DNA from: Octopus bimaculoides
Lineage: Eukaryota
Length of the DNA: 64,000 nt
Reading direction: 5' to 3'
Assembly: GCF_001194135.2 (NCBI RefSeq)
Contig: NC_068981.1
Location: 178,136,379-178,200,378, forward strand
Both the position numbers and the translations under genes were made by a program. Below, piece after piece: positions 13,602-26,485 of this stretch. The stretch's first letter is position 1. Every line of letters begins with the position of its first letter. Under the pieces are notes generated by a model. That model saw only the letters and a list, made by a program, of their open reading frames with translations, was not told the origin of the DNA and ran no database searches.

Positions 13602-13883
13602 NNNNNNNNNNNNNNNNNNNNNNNNNNNNNNNNNNNNNNNNNNNNNNNNNNNNNNNNNNNNNNNNNNNNNNNNNNNNNNNNNNNNNNNNNNNNNNNNNNN
13701 NNNNNNNNNNNNNNNNNNNNNNNNNNNNNNNNNNNNNNNNNNNNNNNNNNNNNNNNNNNNNNNNNNNNNNNNNNNNNNNNNNNNNNNNNNNNNNNNNNNN
13801 NNNNNNNNNNNNNNNNNNNNNNNNNNNNNNNNNNNNNNNNNNNNNNNNNNNNNNNNNNNNNNNNNNNNNNNNNNNNNNNNNNN

Positions 13884-14240
13884 CATTCCCACTGTGTGGC
13901 ACCTTGGGCAAGTGTCTTCTACTATAGCCTCAGGCCGACTAAAGCATTGTGAGTGGATTTGGTAGACGGAAACTGAAAGAAGCCCGTCGTATATATGTAT
14001 ATGTATATATATATGTGTATATGTATGTATGTGTATATGTTTGTGTGTCTGTGTTTGTCCCCCCAACATCGCTTGACAACTGGTGCTGTTGTGTTTACGT
14101 CCTCGTAACTTAGCGGTTCAGCAAAAGAGACCGATAGAATAAGTACTAGGCTTCCAAAGAATAAGTCCTGGGGTCGATTTGCTCGACTAAAGGCGGTGCT
14201 CCAGCATGGCCACAATCAAATGACTAAGAGTAAAAGAGAG
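13884..14240 (+). mobile_element. SINE family A copy (head lost in gap)
   Basis: Shares GGCACCTTGGGCAAGTGTCTTCTACTATAGCC...GAAACTGAAAGAAGCCCGTC, an internal microsatellite and the tail GGCGGTGCTCCAGCATGGCC with the copies at 14.8, 21.8, 53.0, 60.7 and 62.5 kb. Confidence 0.9.
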
Positions 14241-14697
14241 TATGCATTTGCAAAATCTAATCTCTGAACATGCAAGGCTTAATCTAAGAACTCAATACAT
14301 GTATATAATATATTAAACTGATGAACAGGCTTCAATAATACCCAACTTCACTGATTGAGTCAATACCGAATTCTTAGTTCATGCCAATCTAATATAATAA
14401 TTGAGAAGAAAATATTTTTGTCATAGATAATAATTGGAACCACATGACTAACTCTAAAGACTATCTGCTGATATCAATCAATAAGAATGAACATCATAAG
14501 CAACTGTATCAATCATGTGATCTATCACCTGATAAACTACTTCAGCAACCAGAAAGCATCCGACACCTTTAAATACCCCAAACAACCACCCCATTGCATT
14601 ATTTCAAATCCACTCACTGATGAGTGTGTGTTTGACTAATATCATTTACATAGAGCCTTCAGTCATGAGGAAACAGTTTAGATTATCAAGACATAAT

Positions 14698-14741
<44 letters not shown>

Positions 14742-14828
14742 CACTCACTCTATCCAATCTTCTGACCACTTCACAAACACACACACACTTATTATATTGT
14801 ATGATTTGTGTTTGTATCATATATATAT

Positions 14829-14991
14829 AGGCGTAGGAGTGGCTGTGTGGTAAGTAGCTTGCTTACCAACCACATGGTCCCGGGTTCAGTCCCACTGCGT
14901 GGCATCTTGGGCAAGTGTCTTCTACTATAGCCTCAGGCTGACCAAAGCCATATGAGTGGATTTGGTAGACGGAAACTGAAAGAAGCCCGTC

Positions 14992-15023
<32 letters not shown>
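14829..15023 (+). mobile_element. SINE family A, tRNA-like head and body (tail lost in gap)
   Basis: AGGAGTGGCTGTGTGGTAAG (A-box-like) ... GGTTCAGTCCC (B box) followed by the family A core. Confidence 0.9.
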
Positions 15024-15912
15024 NNNNNNNNNNNNNNNNNNNNNNNNNNNNNNNNNNNNNNNNNNNNNNNNNNNNNNNNNNNNNNNNNNNNNNNNNNNNN
15101 NNNNNNNNNNNNNNNNNNNNNNNNNNNNNNNNNNNNNNNNNNNNNNNNNNNNNNNNNNNNNNNNNNNNNNNNNNNNNNNNNNNNNNNNNNNNNNNNNNNN
15201 NNNNNNNNNNNNNNNNNNNNNNNNNNNNNNNNNNNNNNNNNNNNNNNNNNNNNNNNNNNNNNNNNNNNNNNNNNNNNNNNNNNNNNNNNNNNNNNNNNNN
15301 NNNNNNNNNNNNNNNNNNNNNNNNNNNNNNNNNNNNNNNNNNNNNNNNNNNNNNNNNNNNNNNNNNNNNNNNNNNNNNNNNNNNNNNNNNNNNNNNNNNN
15401 NNNNNNNNNNNNNNNNNNNNNNNNNNNNNNNNNNNNNNNNNNNNNNNNNNNNNNNNNNNNNNNNNNNNNNNNNNNNNNNNNNNNNNNNNNNNNNNNNNNN
15501 NNNNNNNNNNNNNNNNNNNNNNNNNNNNNNNNNNNNNNNNNNNNNNNNNNNNNNNNNNNNNNNNNNNNNNNNNNNNNNNNNNNNNNNNNNNNNNNNNNNN
15601 NNNNNNNNNNNNNNNNNNNNNNNNNNNNNNNNNNNNNNNNNNNNNNNNNNNNNNNNNNNNNNNNNNNNNNNNNNNNNNNNNNNNNNNNNNNNNNNNNNNN
15701 NNNNNNNNNNNNNNNNNNNNNNNNNNNNNNNNNNNNNNNNNNNNNNNNNNNNNNNNNNNNNNNNNNNNNNNNNNNNNNNNNNNNNNNNNNNNNNNNNNNN
15801 NNNNNNNNNNNNNNNNNNNNNNNNNNNNNNNNNNNNNNNNNNNNNNNNNNNNNNNNNNNNNNNNNNNNNNNNNNNNNNNNNNNNNNNNNNNNNNNNNNNN
15901 NNNNNNNNNNNN
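15024..15912. other. Assembly gap (largest). Others: 9847-9920, 10592-10623, 13602-13883, 37572-37581, 40425-40745, 52072-52939, 53425-53434, 54372-54391, 62604-62613, 62843-62852
   Basis: N runs, mostly bounded by microsatellites or young repeats. Confidence 1.
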
Positions 15913-15973
<61 letters not shown>

Positions 15974-16192
15974 GAGAGAGAGAGACAGAGAGACAGAGAG
16001 AGATAAAGACAGACAGATAGGCAGGTAGAGATAGATAGATGGATGGATGGATATGGCAGTGAGCTGGTAGAATCATTAGCTGAGATCAACTTTGCCTTTC
16101 ACCCTTTTTGGGAGGTCAACTAGCTTCTCCTCACAAAATTTCAGGTCTTGTGCTTATAATAGAAAGCAGACAGGCAGGTGCGCGTGCACGCA

Positions 16193-16248
<56 letters not shown>

Positions 16249-17289
16249 TATATAAAATGTGTGAGTGTATATGAGTACATGCACACACATGCAGTTGTGT
16301 ATGTGTGCATGTATAAGTGCATGAGTATGTGTGTCTTATATGATGTAAGTTGTAAATGAACTGCAAATGGTATTACTTTTTAGTTCTGTTGACTTAACAG
16401 CATTTGCACAACTATTGCATATATCTCTTCTCAGTTAAATGCAATGCAGAATCATAGCAATTGGAATTGTGTAGAAAGGTGACATGTATTATTAATTATG
16501 GCAGTGATATGTCAGTTATTGCAAATTATGGCAGTCATATGTTCTTTTAGGCAGCAATGATTATTGGCTTATTTTGGTTCATATGCCTCACAAGTGGCTA
16601 ATAAAATCAGCCTTATCCAATGAAGTTTCTTTTTCTTACGTTTCATTTCAATTTTGTATTGTTAATGCAATTTTCTTCAAAATGCACAAATCTATCAAGA
16701 TTTTTTTTTTCTCTCTTTTGCTTCCTATCAATTGCAATTTTTTCTTCCTAGCTTTCCACACTACTTCGTTTATTTTTCAGTTCAGATTTAAGGCAATTTT
16801 GATTTCAGTTTGTGAAATATTTCTCCATAGAACAGATACCTTCGTCTTTCATACAAACTATGTGGACTGCCTAGTTCAGTCTGCTACATCACATCACCCT
16901 TACAAAATTTGTTAACTCCAAGATTTCAACATCACCCCACCCCACACACACACACATGATAAATTGGTCAAAGACGCTTCCATTGAAAATGTACCAGCTG
17001 TTAAACATGTTTTGAAAATAATGTACATGTTTCACAGCTAGACAACAGATGAAATGTAGGTTTTGAAAATAGATATTTGAATGTCACAGTCAATAGTGGC
17101 AAAAGCATCATTAGCATTTTTATGTCAGCTTTCTCCATGCTGACATAGAAAAAGAAAGGTGTAATACTGAAGTATAAAGGTAAAGACACCCCCCCCCCCC
17201 CCCCCGCATGCGCATGCACACATACACGCATATACATAGAGATATATATTATACATATATAAAAGAAGCCCCTTATTACATAATCATGG

Positions 17290-17975
17290 ATATTATCATG
17301 CTTTTGTTATCAAAATTACCGGGACCAAAATTCCTTCTTTAAAATATATTAAAAATTATCCACTTATTGGTATCAAAACTCTGGATAGTATCAAAATGTT
17401 TAAGTAAATCATTATACAATGACTAAAATCACATGGAAATCTAAAGAAAAAAGCACTGCTAGCTATGGAGATGTGATAGTTGCATGTTGGAGCAGTGATG
17501 ATGGTAATGGCATCATATGATATTGCTGGGAACGGAGGAGGAAGTACTGGTGTGTTAAGTTAGGTAGGTGTTGCTGGTAGTATTGGTCTAGGTATTGGAT
17601 GTGTGTGTGTGTGTGTGACTGTATGTGTGTGAGAGAGAGGGGAGTATAGAAAGCCATTTGTTAAAATCACAGCTGATATTATTAAACAGTTATTATTATC
17701 AAAATTACTGCATCCCTAATTCCTTGTTTAAAATAAAATAAAACAAATTATCCACTTAATACAATCAAAGCTCTGGATATTTTATCAAAATTATAAATAA
17801 CATGCTGCATAATTGCAGTAATCACTATGGGGATCTAAAGAAAAGTGTCACAAGCTATGGAGACATATGTAGTAAGTTGGTGGCAGCAGTGGATGGCAGT
17901 TGCAGTGGTAAAGATGGTGGTGGAATTGGTATGCTGTGGCTGGGAATGAAGAAAATGCTGGTGTGTTAAGTTCAG
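17290..17975. repeat. Diverged tandem duplication, period about 390-410 bp
   Basis: Colinear anchors TTATCAAAATTAC (17307/17696), AAATTATCCACTTA (17353/17745), AGCTATGGAGA (17461/17853), CTGGTGTGTTAAGTT (17547/17958). Confidence 0.8.
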
Positions 17976-18403
17976 CCAGTTTGCTTTGTGCCTTTGGAAC
18001 TTGTGTGGATTCCTTGAAAAACAGGAAGAGGGCTAGCATTAGGAAGGGCATTCAGCTGTAAAACAATGCCTCAATAGCAAATTTGTCTAACCCATGCTAA
18101 CATGGCAAAATGAACTTAAAACTGAATGAATGAATGAATGAATGAATGCATACATACATACATGCATACATACATACATGCAAATTGCAAGGGACCTCAC
18201 TAGTGCAAATGGTATGAAAAGAGCACCCAGTCAGCACACACTGTAAAAGGTTAGCATTAAGAAAGGCATCCAGTCATAGAAATCATGCCAAAGCAGGCAC
18301 TGGAGTACAGCACAGTCCTTAGATCATCAGATCTTGTCAAACTATCCAAACCATGCTAGTAAGGAATATGTTATAATGATATGACAAATGCACGCGCGCG
18401 TGT

Positions 18404-18479
<76 letters not shown>

Positions 18480-18529
18480 AGAGTTGAGGATCTTCAATTA
18501 ACTGAAATTTTCCTAGTAATTTGGAGAAT

Positions 18530-19010
18530 ATAATAAGTTCCTGCTAGCTAAGTTTAAAATCTCCACACCAAACAAGTGACACAACTTCAGCAATACCAGC
18601 TAATCTAAGTTTTTGGAAAATAAAGACAGTTAGAAGAGGACCTTGCCTTTAAAACCAACTACTGAAAGAAACTATGACAGTTTTAAAACTTGTAATAAGT
18701 CATCTGTGAAGCATATTCACCTTGTTGATTTGGTTTAGTCATAATCAAGCATATAAGGAAATACAGGTAAGCAGTTAAGAATAAAACGGGAAAAATATTT
18801 CCATATATATATATTGTGTGTGCATGCGTGCACACGCACATGCATGTGTCAAATTAGCTTTATAACTTGAAAATAAAAATTCCTGATAGAAGAGTTTAAA
18901 ATCTAATAACAGTATACAAGGGAGACAACTTCAACAATATCAGCTAATTAAAATTTGGAAAATAAAGACAATGCAGTTAAAGAGTAAACTTTGCTTATAA
19001 TGCTAACTGA
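18530..19010. repeat. Diverged tandem duplication, period about 342-344 bp
   Basis: Anchors GTTTAAAATCT (18552/18894), ACAACTTCARCAATAYCAGCTAAT (18581/18925), TTGGAAAATAAAGACA (18613/18955). Confidence 0.8.
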
Positions 19011-19093
19011 TGAAAACACCAGGATAGCAAAGCAAATTTTACCTCAACTATTTTATACAGAAATAGAACCAGAGAAATAGTGACAGAGCATGC

Positions 19094-19128
<35 letters not shown>

Positions 19129-19317
19129 CATCTCACCTCTTAGCTTGGGGTGCCACCTGGACAGCTCATCACCACTATTTATCACTGGGGATTCTACTGA
19201 TTCATTCTCACTCTCTCTCCTAAATCCGAGTAGCCATGTTGTTCCCCTACAACAAGAAACTCCTGTAGTCCAACCTCTTCTCTCATACCTTAATCCCCAT
19301 CTAACACTCCCTCCCAG

Positions 19318-19548
19318 AATTTTGTGGGCGTGTGAGCGGCTTTCAACCACAATAGTGCCAGTGGCACAAAAAATGCACCAAGCACACACTGTAAAGTGGT
19401 TGGCATTTGAAAGGGCATCCAGCCATAGAAACCAAGCCAAAGCAGACACTGGAGCATAACGTGGTCCTTGGACCCACCAGATCCTTGTCAAGCATCCCAA
19501 CTCAAGCCAGCACAGAAGATGGTCATTAAATGATGATGATGATGATGA
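19318..19548 (+). mobile_element. SINE family B copy with (GAT)n tail
   Basis: Shared core AAGGGCATCCAGC...AAACC and ...CATTAAATGATGATGAT tail, also seen at 21.5, 54.0, 54.4, 61.4 and 63.0 kb. Confidence 0.75.
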
Positions 19549-19750
19549 TATATGCAGACATCTCTCTCTCACACACATACAGATGCCAGCATGGCTGAGT
19601 ATAGTGGTACTTTGTATAGATAAAAGTAAGGTCTTGGGTAAGTTCAGGAGTAGCTGTATATGGAACAGATATGTTATCTCCAATGTGTGTGTGAGTGTTC
19701 ATGCATGCACAAACGTACATGCATATATGTGCATACATACACACACATAT

Positions 19751-19791
<41 letters not shown>

Positions 19792-21271
19792 CGTGCATAG
19801 ACACATATGTACCTACACATACAAACACATACAAAGGATCTTCGTAAGTCAGTGTTGGCCATATATTTACATATGAAATGTTCTCAGATGTGGACAAGGT
19901 TTGATCTATGAAAGACCAGCAATTGCCCAATTACCCCCACCCCTTCCTTCCAATCCACTGCACTGGAATGGTATTTTATTTCACCCCTGGAAAGGATAAA
20001 AGGCAAAGCTCCTCCCTGTAGGATTTGAATTCAGAGCGCTGCAGCAAATTCTGTAAATTATTTTGCTTGATTCTGTAAAATTTCTGACAATCCACCATTA
20101 TTAAATACACACACACACACACAAGATATCAATATTATAAAACATAAAGTCACATGACTCTTTTTTGTTTGCTAGTTTCCTCTTTCTGTCATGCAGCAGG
20201 ATTGTGGAAGCAGAAAGCAGTGGCTGTGCTGAGAGAAGTGGAAGAGAGAGAAAAAAGAAGCATTATAAAGAGAGAAAGATTAGATAGATAGCTCTGTCAG
20301 TAGGAGAATGACAAGGTGTACAATAAAGAGTGAGTAAAATAGCCAGCAGTCAGTCAAAGGAACCAGATAGGCAGCCAGGTGAGCAGACAGTAAAATATAG
20401 GGAAGGATGGAAAAAAAAAAAATACAGCAATAGGGAAGAGATACAAAGAAGGGGGATAGAGTGTTACAATAAAGAGAAGTTTGAGAGGGAACATGGGAAA
20501 GTGAAAGTGATACAAAGAGTGTGCAGGTGACAGAGAATTACATATACAAACTCGTACACATTTATCAAGAGATAGAGATAGATAGATAGAGTGAGAGAGA
20601 GAGAGAAGAGAGTGACAGTGTGAGAGAGATGATGAAATTCATGTATGATATTCAAGTGGGAGGAGGCAGTAGAAAATGAAGAGAAGTGGGAGTTTTTTTC
20701 TTTCTTCTTTTTATTTTAACTGAAAGATGGGGGGGGGGATATATAAAGAGGAAGATAATAAATAAGCAAATATATGAGTCACTGATCAGAGAGAGAAAAA
20801 TGGAGGAGAGTAAGAGGGGTTAGGGTTTCAAATGTAACACAGGTAATTGCAAGTCAGATGAAGAAATTCTCAGCCATACAGAGGAACTGCTTGACTTCAA
20901 AATGCAGGAAGAAGACAAAGATTATCCATTCAGTTCTTGATATGAATTGGAAAGAAGTCATGTTGCAAAACAACAACAAAGAAACAAGCAAGACTCAAAG
21001 TAAATTAAACAAAAAAACAATAACTGAAAAAAAGCAAAAACAAAAAGTAAGTGAAGAAAACAGAGCAAGACTTGAAACACAAAGATTAAGAATTCCTGAA
21101 AGGAAACAGAAATAAACCCTGTCATTTTTGATGGGTTTAGGTACACACACACACGTAGATGTACATCTACATTTATCATATAATAAATATGTGCATATTA
21201 TATAATTATATAATGTACACATTATGTGTAAAATATATGTAAATACATATATAAATATATAGTAATAATAA

Positions 21272-21490
21272 TAATGATCCTTTCTACTATAGGCACAAGG
21301 CCTGGATTTTTGTGGGGAAGGGGACAATTGATCACATCAACCCCAGTACTTGACTGGTAATTACTTTACCAACCCTGAGCGAATGAAAGGCAAAGTTGAC
21401 CTTGGTGGAATTTGAACTCAGAATGCAGTGACAGACGAAATAATGCTAAGCATTTCACCCAGCATGCTAACGATTCTACCAGCTCGCTGC

Positions 21491-21491
<1 letters not shown>
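21272..21491 (-). mobile_element. SINE family C copy (tRNA-derived head)
   Basis: Minus strand GAGCTGGTAGAATCGTTAGC...GTTCTGAGTTCAAATTCC (B box)...GGCCTTGTGCC. Other copies at about 2240-2450 (+), 16052-16135 (+), 19925-20095 (-), 39520-39720 (+), 41182-41392 (-) and 50330-50545 (+). Confidence 0.85.
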
Positions 21492-21523
<32 letters not shown>

Positions 21524-21690
21524 GTAATGTCCGCCTTCCATGCTAGCATGGGTGGGACGGTTTTACAAAAGCCGCCCAGGCAGAAGCCTTCACCAGACGA
21601 CTGTGATTTTTACAGCTGAATGCCCTTCCTAACACCAACCACTCAGCAGAGTGTGGACTTAGTGCTTTTTACAAGGCACAAGCACAAGCA
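21491..21690 (-). mobile_element. SINE family B copy
   Basis: (CAT)n then GTCCGCCTTCCATGCTAGCATGGG...CAGCTGAATGCCCTTCCTAACACCAACCACTC. Confidence 0.8.
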
Positions 21691-21769
21691 GTAGTAGTAG
21701 TAGTAGTAGTAGTCCATGGATGGAATTTATAAATATTCTAACTACACACACATCTTTTTTTTCCTTTAT

Positions 21770-21974
21770 CTTTTACCTGTTTCAGTCATTTGACTACAGC
21801 CATGCTGGGGCACTGCCTTGGAGAGTTTTAAGTTGAACAAATCATCCCCAGGACTAATTTTTTAGGCCAGGTATTTATTCTACCGTACTCTTGCTAAACC
21901 ACTAAATTTACAGTGATGTAAACACACTAACACTGGTTATCAAGCAGTGGTGGGAGACAAACTCAGACGCAAAC

Positions 21975-22058
<84 letters not shown>

Positions 22059-22166
22059 CAGGCTTCTTTCAGTTTCTCTCTACCGGATCCACTCACATGG
22101 CCTTGGTCAGCCTGAGGCTATAGTAGAAAACTCTTGCCCAAGGTGCCACACAGTGGGACTGAACCT
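21770..22166 (-). mobile_element. SINE family A copy with expanded internal (TG)n
   Basis: Reverse-complement match to the family A core and tail; internal (TG)n 21978-22057. Confidence 0.85.
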
Positions 22167-22878
22167 GTACACGTGTGTGTGTGTGTGCGCATATGTGGCC
22201 AATTCAAATAAACAAATAAAAATGGACAACATGAAGACATGCATAAGAAATGTATTAGCTTGATGCTCAAGGCACAGACATGGGTATGTGATTAAAGAGC
22301 TTGTTTCCTAACTAAATGGTCTTAGGTTCAGTGTCACCATATGGCATGAGGAAATGTCAATGTCAGGACAATCTAAGCCCTGTGAGTCGATTTGATAAAC
22401 AGAAATTGAGCGAAACATGTTTGTGCATGTGTGTGTGCTTGCATATATGTTTATGTCTCCTTGTTGTGACATTGTGTGATAGTTCTAAGTGACTGTCAGC
22501 AGATTTGGTAAGGAGTCACTCACATGTATGAGCATATATGCATTTGTGTCTCCTTGTCTGGACATGTGCTAACTGTAAGCAAATGACACCATCATATAAG
22601 TGATTGTTGTGCTATTTACATGTGAAAGCCTGAGAAGTGTTGCCTTGCATGGTGACAAGTGAGGATTACCAACAGGAAGAGCATCCAATAGAAAATCTGT
22701 TATAATAATGATTCACATCAACCCGGTGCAAGCTTTAAAAAGCAGATGGTCACGCACACACAACTGTATACATAGACACATTGTATACATATATATATAC
22801 AAGTCGTATGTTTATATACGTATATGAATATATATATGTATATATCTATGTCTATCTATCTATCTATCTCTATATATA

Positions 22879-23770
22879 CACGGTGCAGTGAATATATTGT
22901 CATCTAAATTACGCAAAAATGAAAGTAACACTGACATCTCATTTTAACAGATATATTTACCAAAATTACACAACAAAATATTGAAATTCTAAAGAGTAAA
23001 GTTATTCAATAAAATTGCCATTCACTTCAATCATGGCCTCCACACAACTTTGGAATCTCCTGCAACTCTTCTAGATGGTCTCCTTGTTTAAAAGTTGGTG
23101 AATGCTGCCATTATCCTTGCCTTTAGTTCGTTTTTTGTTACAAGGAGTTTTGTTGGTCTCTTGCTCAACTGTACCCCACACATAATAAATCAAGGGGGCG
23201 GCAGTCTGGGGAGTCAGGAGGCCAGATGTTGGGGGGCATGTGGTCGCAGAAATTGTCTGACAGCCATGACTGGATTCTCCTGCTTGTGTGGCATGCTGCA
23301 GAGTCCTGTTGCCAGACATAGGGGTCTTCCAGCAGCTACCCACTTCAGCCAGGGTAGCACTACCTCCTCCAGACACTTGATGTAGGCCTCTGTGTTGAGT
23401 CTGAGGCTGTATGGGAGGATGAATGGAGGCATAATGTCGCCATCACTATTGATCACTCCAAACACCATGATGTTGACTGGATGTTTGATTTTTATCACTT
23501 TTGGTACATGTTTTGGGGACACAGCAAGCCAACAGTTGTTCTGTGTGTTCACCATCAGCTCGTATTGGGGGCTTCCAGCACGAATGCCAAGCAGTACAGC
23601 ATGTTGTTTCCAAATTTCTGTCAGAATGAATTGCGTCATGGTGCTGTTTTTCTCACAGATGATGCCCAACTGACCCTACTAAACTGTGTAGTCAACAAAA
23701 TCAAAAACAAACAATATGTATGCGTGAAATTAAAAATATAAAATGGTGATAATTTACCCATTGCACCCTG
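22879..23770 (-). mobile_element. Tc1/mariner-superfamily DD37D (maT-type) transposon, internally deleted
   Basis: Degenerate 26-bp TIRs (CACGGTGCAGTGAATATATTGTCATC vs reverse complement CAGGGTGCAATGGGTAAATTATCACC, 19/26 identical), with TA on the left. Minus strand reads VWQQDSAACHTSRRIQSWLSDNFCDHMPPNIWPPDSPDCRPLD/YYVWG, with 37 residues between Asp codons 23303-23305 and 23189-23191. Confidence 0.85.
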
Positions 23771-25611
23771 TGTGTATTTCAAAAATTTAAACAACAAACG
23801 GAATATTTTACAAAAACACAACAAAGAAAATTCTTAGCTAATTCCTCATCAGTCAATGTCCAAAATATCATTATAATTTTGCAACTTTGACATTGACATT
23901 GTTCACTTATGGTGGCGCCAGTGGCAAAAAGCCACTGGGAGTAGCTAAGGAGCATACAGGACAATGACAAAAACAAACACAACAAAAGAAAATATACATA
24001 TACAAACAAAAGAAGCCATGCAGCTGCAATCATCATCCTTGAAAATTTGTTTTCCATACTGGCATGAGTTGGATGGTCTGACCAGAACTGGCAAGCAGGG
24101 GAGCTGCACCAGGTTCCAGTCTGATATATATAAAACATGTGTGCAGGTACATATTTACAATATACATATAACATATACATGTATGTGTAAATATAAACAC
24201 AAGGTGATTTAGAAGTATTTTGACGTTTAAATGATAAGATTGTTACTTAGTAATAATTCTGCTTTCATATGGACCAGCCGTTCTAAAATCGTTGAGCTAT
24301 GCCAGTTGGTGAGGAGGGGGTGGCTTAATAAATGTGGTGGAGAAGTAGGATAAAGGTTTGGTGAGATGGTCAGAGAGAGAGAGGAGAAGCACAACTAACC
24401 TCTGTTATTAGGTGGTTTATATCAATGTTAAAGGATCTTTTGAAACACACACACACAATGTGTGTTTGTGTCTATGTATGACTATATTTTGAATATAAGC
24501 TTCATGGATTTAACAACATTTGAAATCTTACAATTTTCTTCAGAGTCTCTCTGAAATTCAAACACTTTCTTAGTTTTTGGATTAATATTTTGAGATATAT
24601 ATATATATATATATATATAGAAAGAGAGAGTGTACATAATATATGTAACGTATGGATATATAAAGCATAAATTACAAACACTAGAATATTTTTATGCACA
24701 AACAGTTTGTCTCGGAAATTCTAAAAGTTAATGCAGTTTCACAATTTGTAATGCCTACCATGCTGTGGAAAGTAAAAAGATGTGAATACTTCTTGTTGCT
24801 TTGTTATTCTCTTTGCAAACAAGAAAGTAAGGATGTTGCTCTAACATGCTTTATGGCCACACCTCAGGACAAGTAACCTCACTTTACAGCCTATGAAGGG
24901 AACCTCATAAGATTTGCTATGTAAATATGTTACAACCCTGTACTTAACTGAAATGGTTAGGCTAATTTGCATATGATGCATCAGCTGGCAGTAGAGCTAA
25001 ATACTTTAATAGTTTTATGCACAATGTGCATTAGAAAATCTAAGATAAATTTCATGTAATTAGCCTAGTTTATAATGCCTACACTATGAAAATGTTTAAT
25101 GTGTACTATAAAAATAACCTTTTAATCACACTGCACTAAACATTTCTCAGCCACATATACAATTAATAAATCAACCAAGATTCCATATTTGAAACTTTTA
25201 TCTACCTACGTGTATTTTATATAGATTATAATTTTTTCTGGCCCTTTCTATTCGTATTCTATTTCTTTTTCCCCATCAATATACTCTATCTACCAAATAA
25301 CTTTGCTCCATCTTCTCACATTTTTACTTCCGTTTATACAGCAAATGCCAGTTCTTTAGAATTTGTTAAGCAAAACTTTGTGATACTTTGAAGTTTTTGA
25401 ATAAATTTAACTCTACTTATTAAGTTATTTGTTCAGTTAATGTTACGTTGTTTTTAATGTAATTAAAAACCCCTTTTATTAATAAAGTAGCTACCTTTCT
25501 TTGACAGAGCACATTTTCAATATATTCTAAAACAAAAGATCAAAAGGTACAACAACAACAAATACCCTTTCTGATGAAAAACAGCCTGGTACATTCACAA
25601 AAAAGTTTATC

Positions 25612-25904
25612 TTAAATGTTTGTTTACTCCAGAAAACTGAAAGTTTCATCAAAAGGATTAAGCAGAGAATCTACTTCTTTAAAAAAAAATCATTTGAAAA
25701 CAAATATGGCCTCAAAATAATAAAATGCCATCCACTTAATATTCTACTAGAACCATTTCAGAACCATCTTTTTCTTATGATCAAGAACATTAAATTCAGA
25801 AGAAACATCAACCTTTCCCAAAATGAACTTCAGAATCAGATTAATAAGTTAAAACTAACAACAACATGTTTGTTAACTGCAACAAAACAAAAAAAAACTC
25901 AATG
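25612..25904 (+). mobile_element. Penelope-like retroelement remnant (region N-terminal to the RT)
   Basis: Stop-free frame LLQKTESFIKRIKQRIYFFKKKSFENKYGLKIIKCHPLNILLEPFQNHLFLMIKNIKFRRNINLSQNELQNQINKLKLTTTCLLTATK resembles the recalled Penelope-type pattern KTE.FIKRMRWKA.FF...GFKS...P...LK.FE..L..MI.NIKFR...LL..ADK. Not verified by a search. Confidence 0.55.
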
Positions 25905-26434
25905 AACAAACCTACCATCATTTTCTGTCCAATTCCATTATAATATTATAAAAGAAAATAGTTTTAAAACTATGTTATTTTAAATGCTGTTTCTACTAGT
26001 ATTAAGAAATATTGTTACTGAATTATATTGATACAGAAGATAGAACTGATATATTTGTTACAATGGAACCTAATTTTACTTACAAAATATTATTTTAAAA
26101 ATGTATTTGAATTCATTATCTCTAAAATTAAATACTAATTACAATTACTGTTTTTGTAACCATAATTACATTTCTATTATGTGATGATTCACTCCATCCA
26201 AAATCAAAATTATTGCCAGTTCTTCCAGTATGGCATTAGTGATTACTAACTTATAACAATTGAACTGATTCTTGCAGCCATCCTCAACTTTTAAATATAA
26301 ATATACATCTACTTGTAAATCCGTAACCATTCCTTACAAAATAATACAATTTTTCTACCTCTATTTTTTTTTCTTTTTTAAATTCTATTCTCATGTTACT
26401 TTTTTTTTTTATACATTTTCATTTGTGGTATGCC

Positions 26435-26485
<51 letters not shown>

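Noticed and set aside
13417-16089. Long ORFs (150-408 aa) in the ORF track; likewise 52041-53183, 9644-10022 and 40331-40842
   Set aside because: They read through N gaps and dinucleotide repeats. Only the flanks of the 40 kb gap carry real (piggyBac) coding signal.
24960-24975. Octamer motif ATTTGCAT
   Set aside because: A single 8-mer is expected by chance in AT-rich DNA, and no snRNA gene or other promoter element was found nearby.
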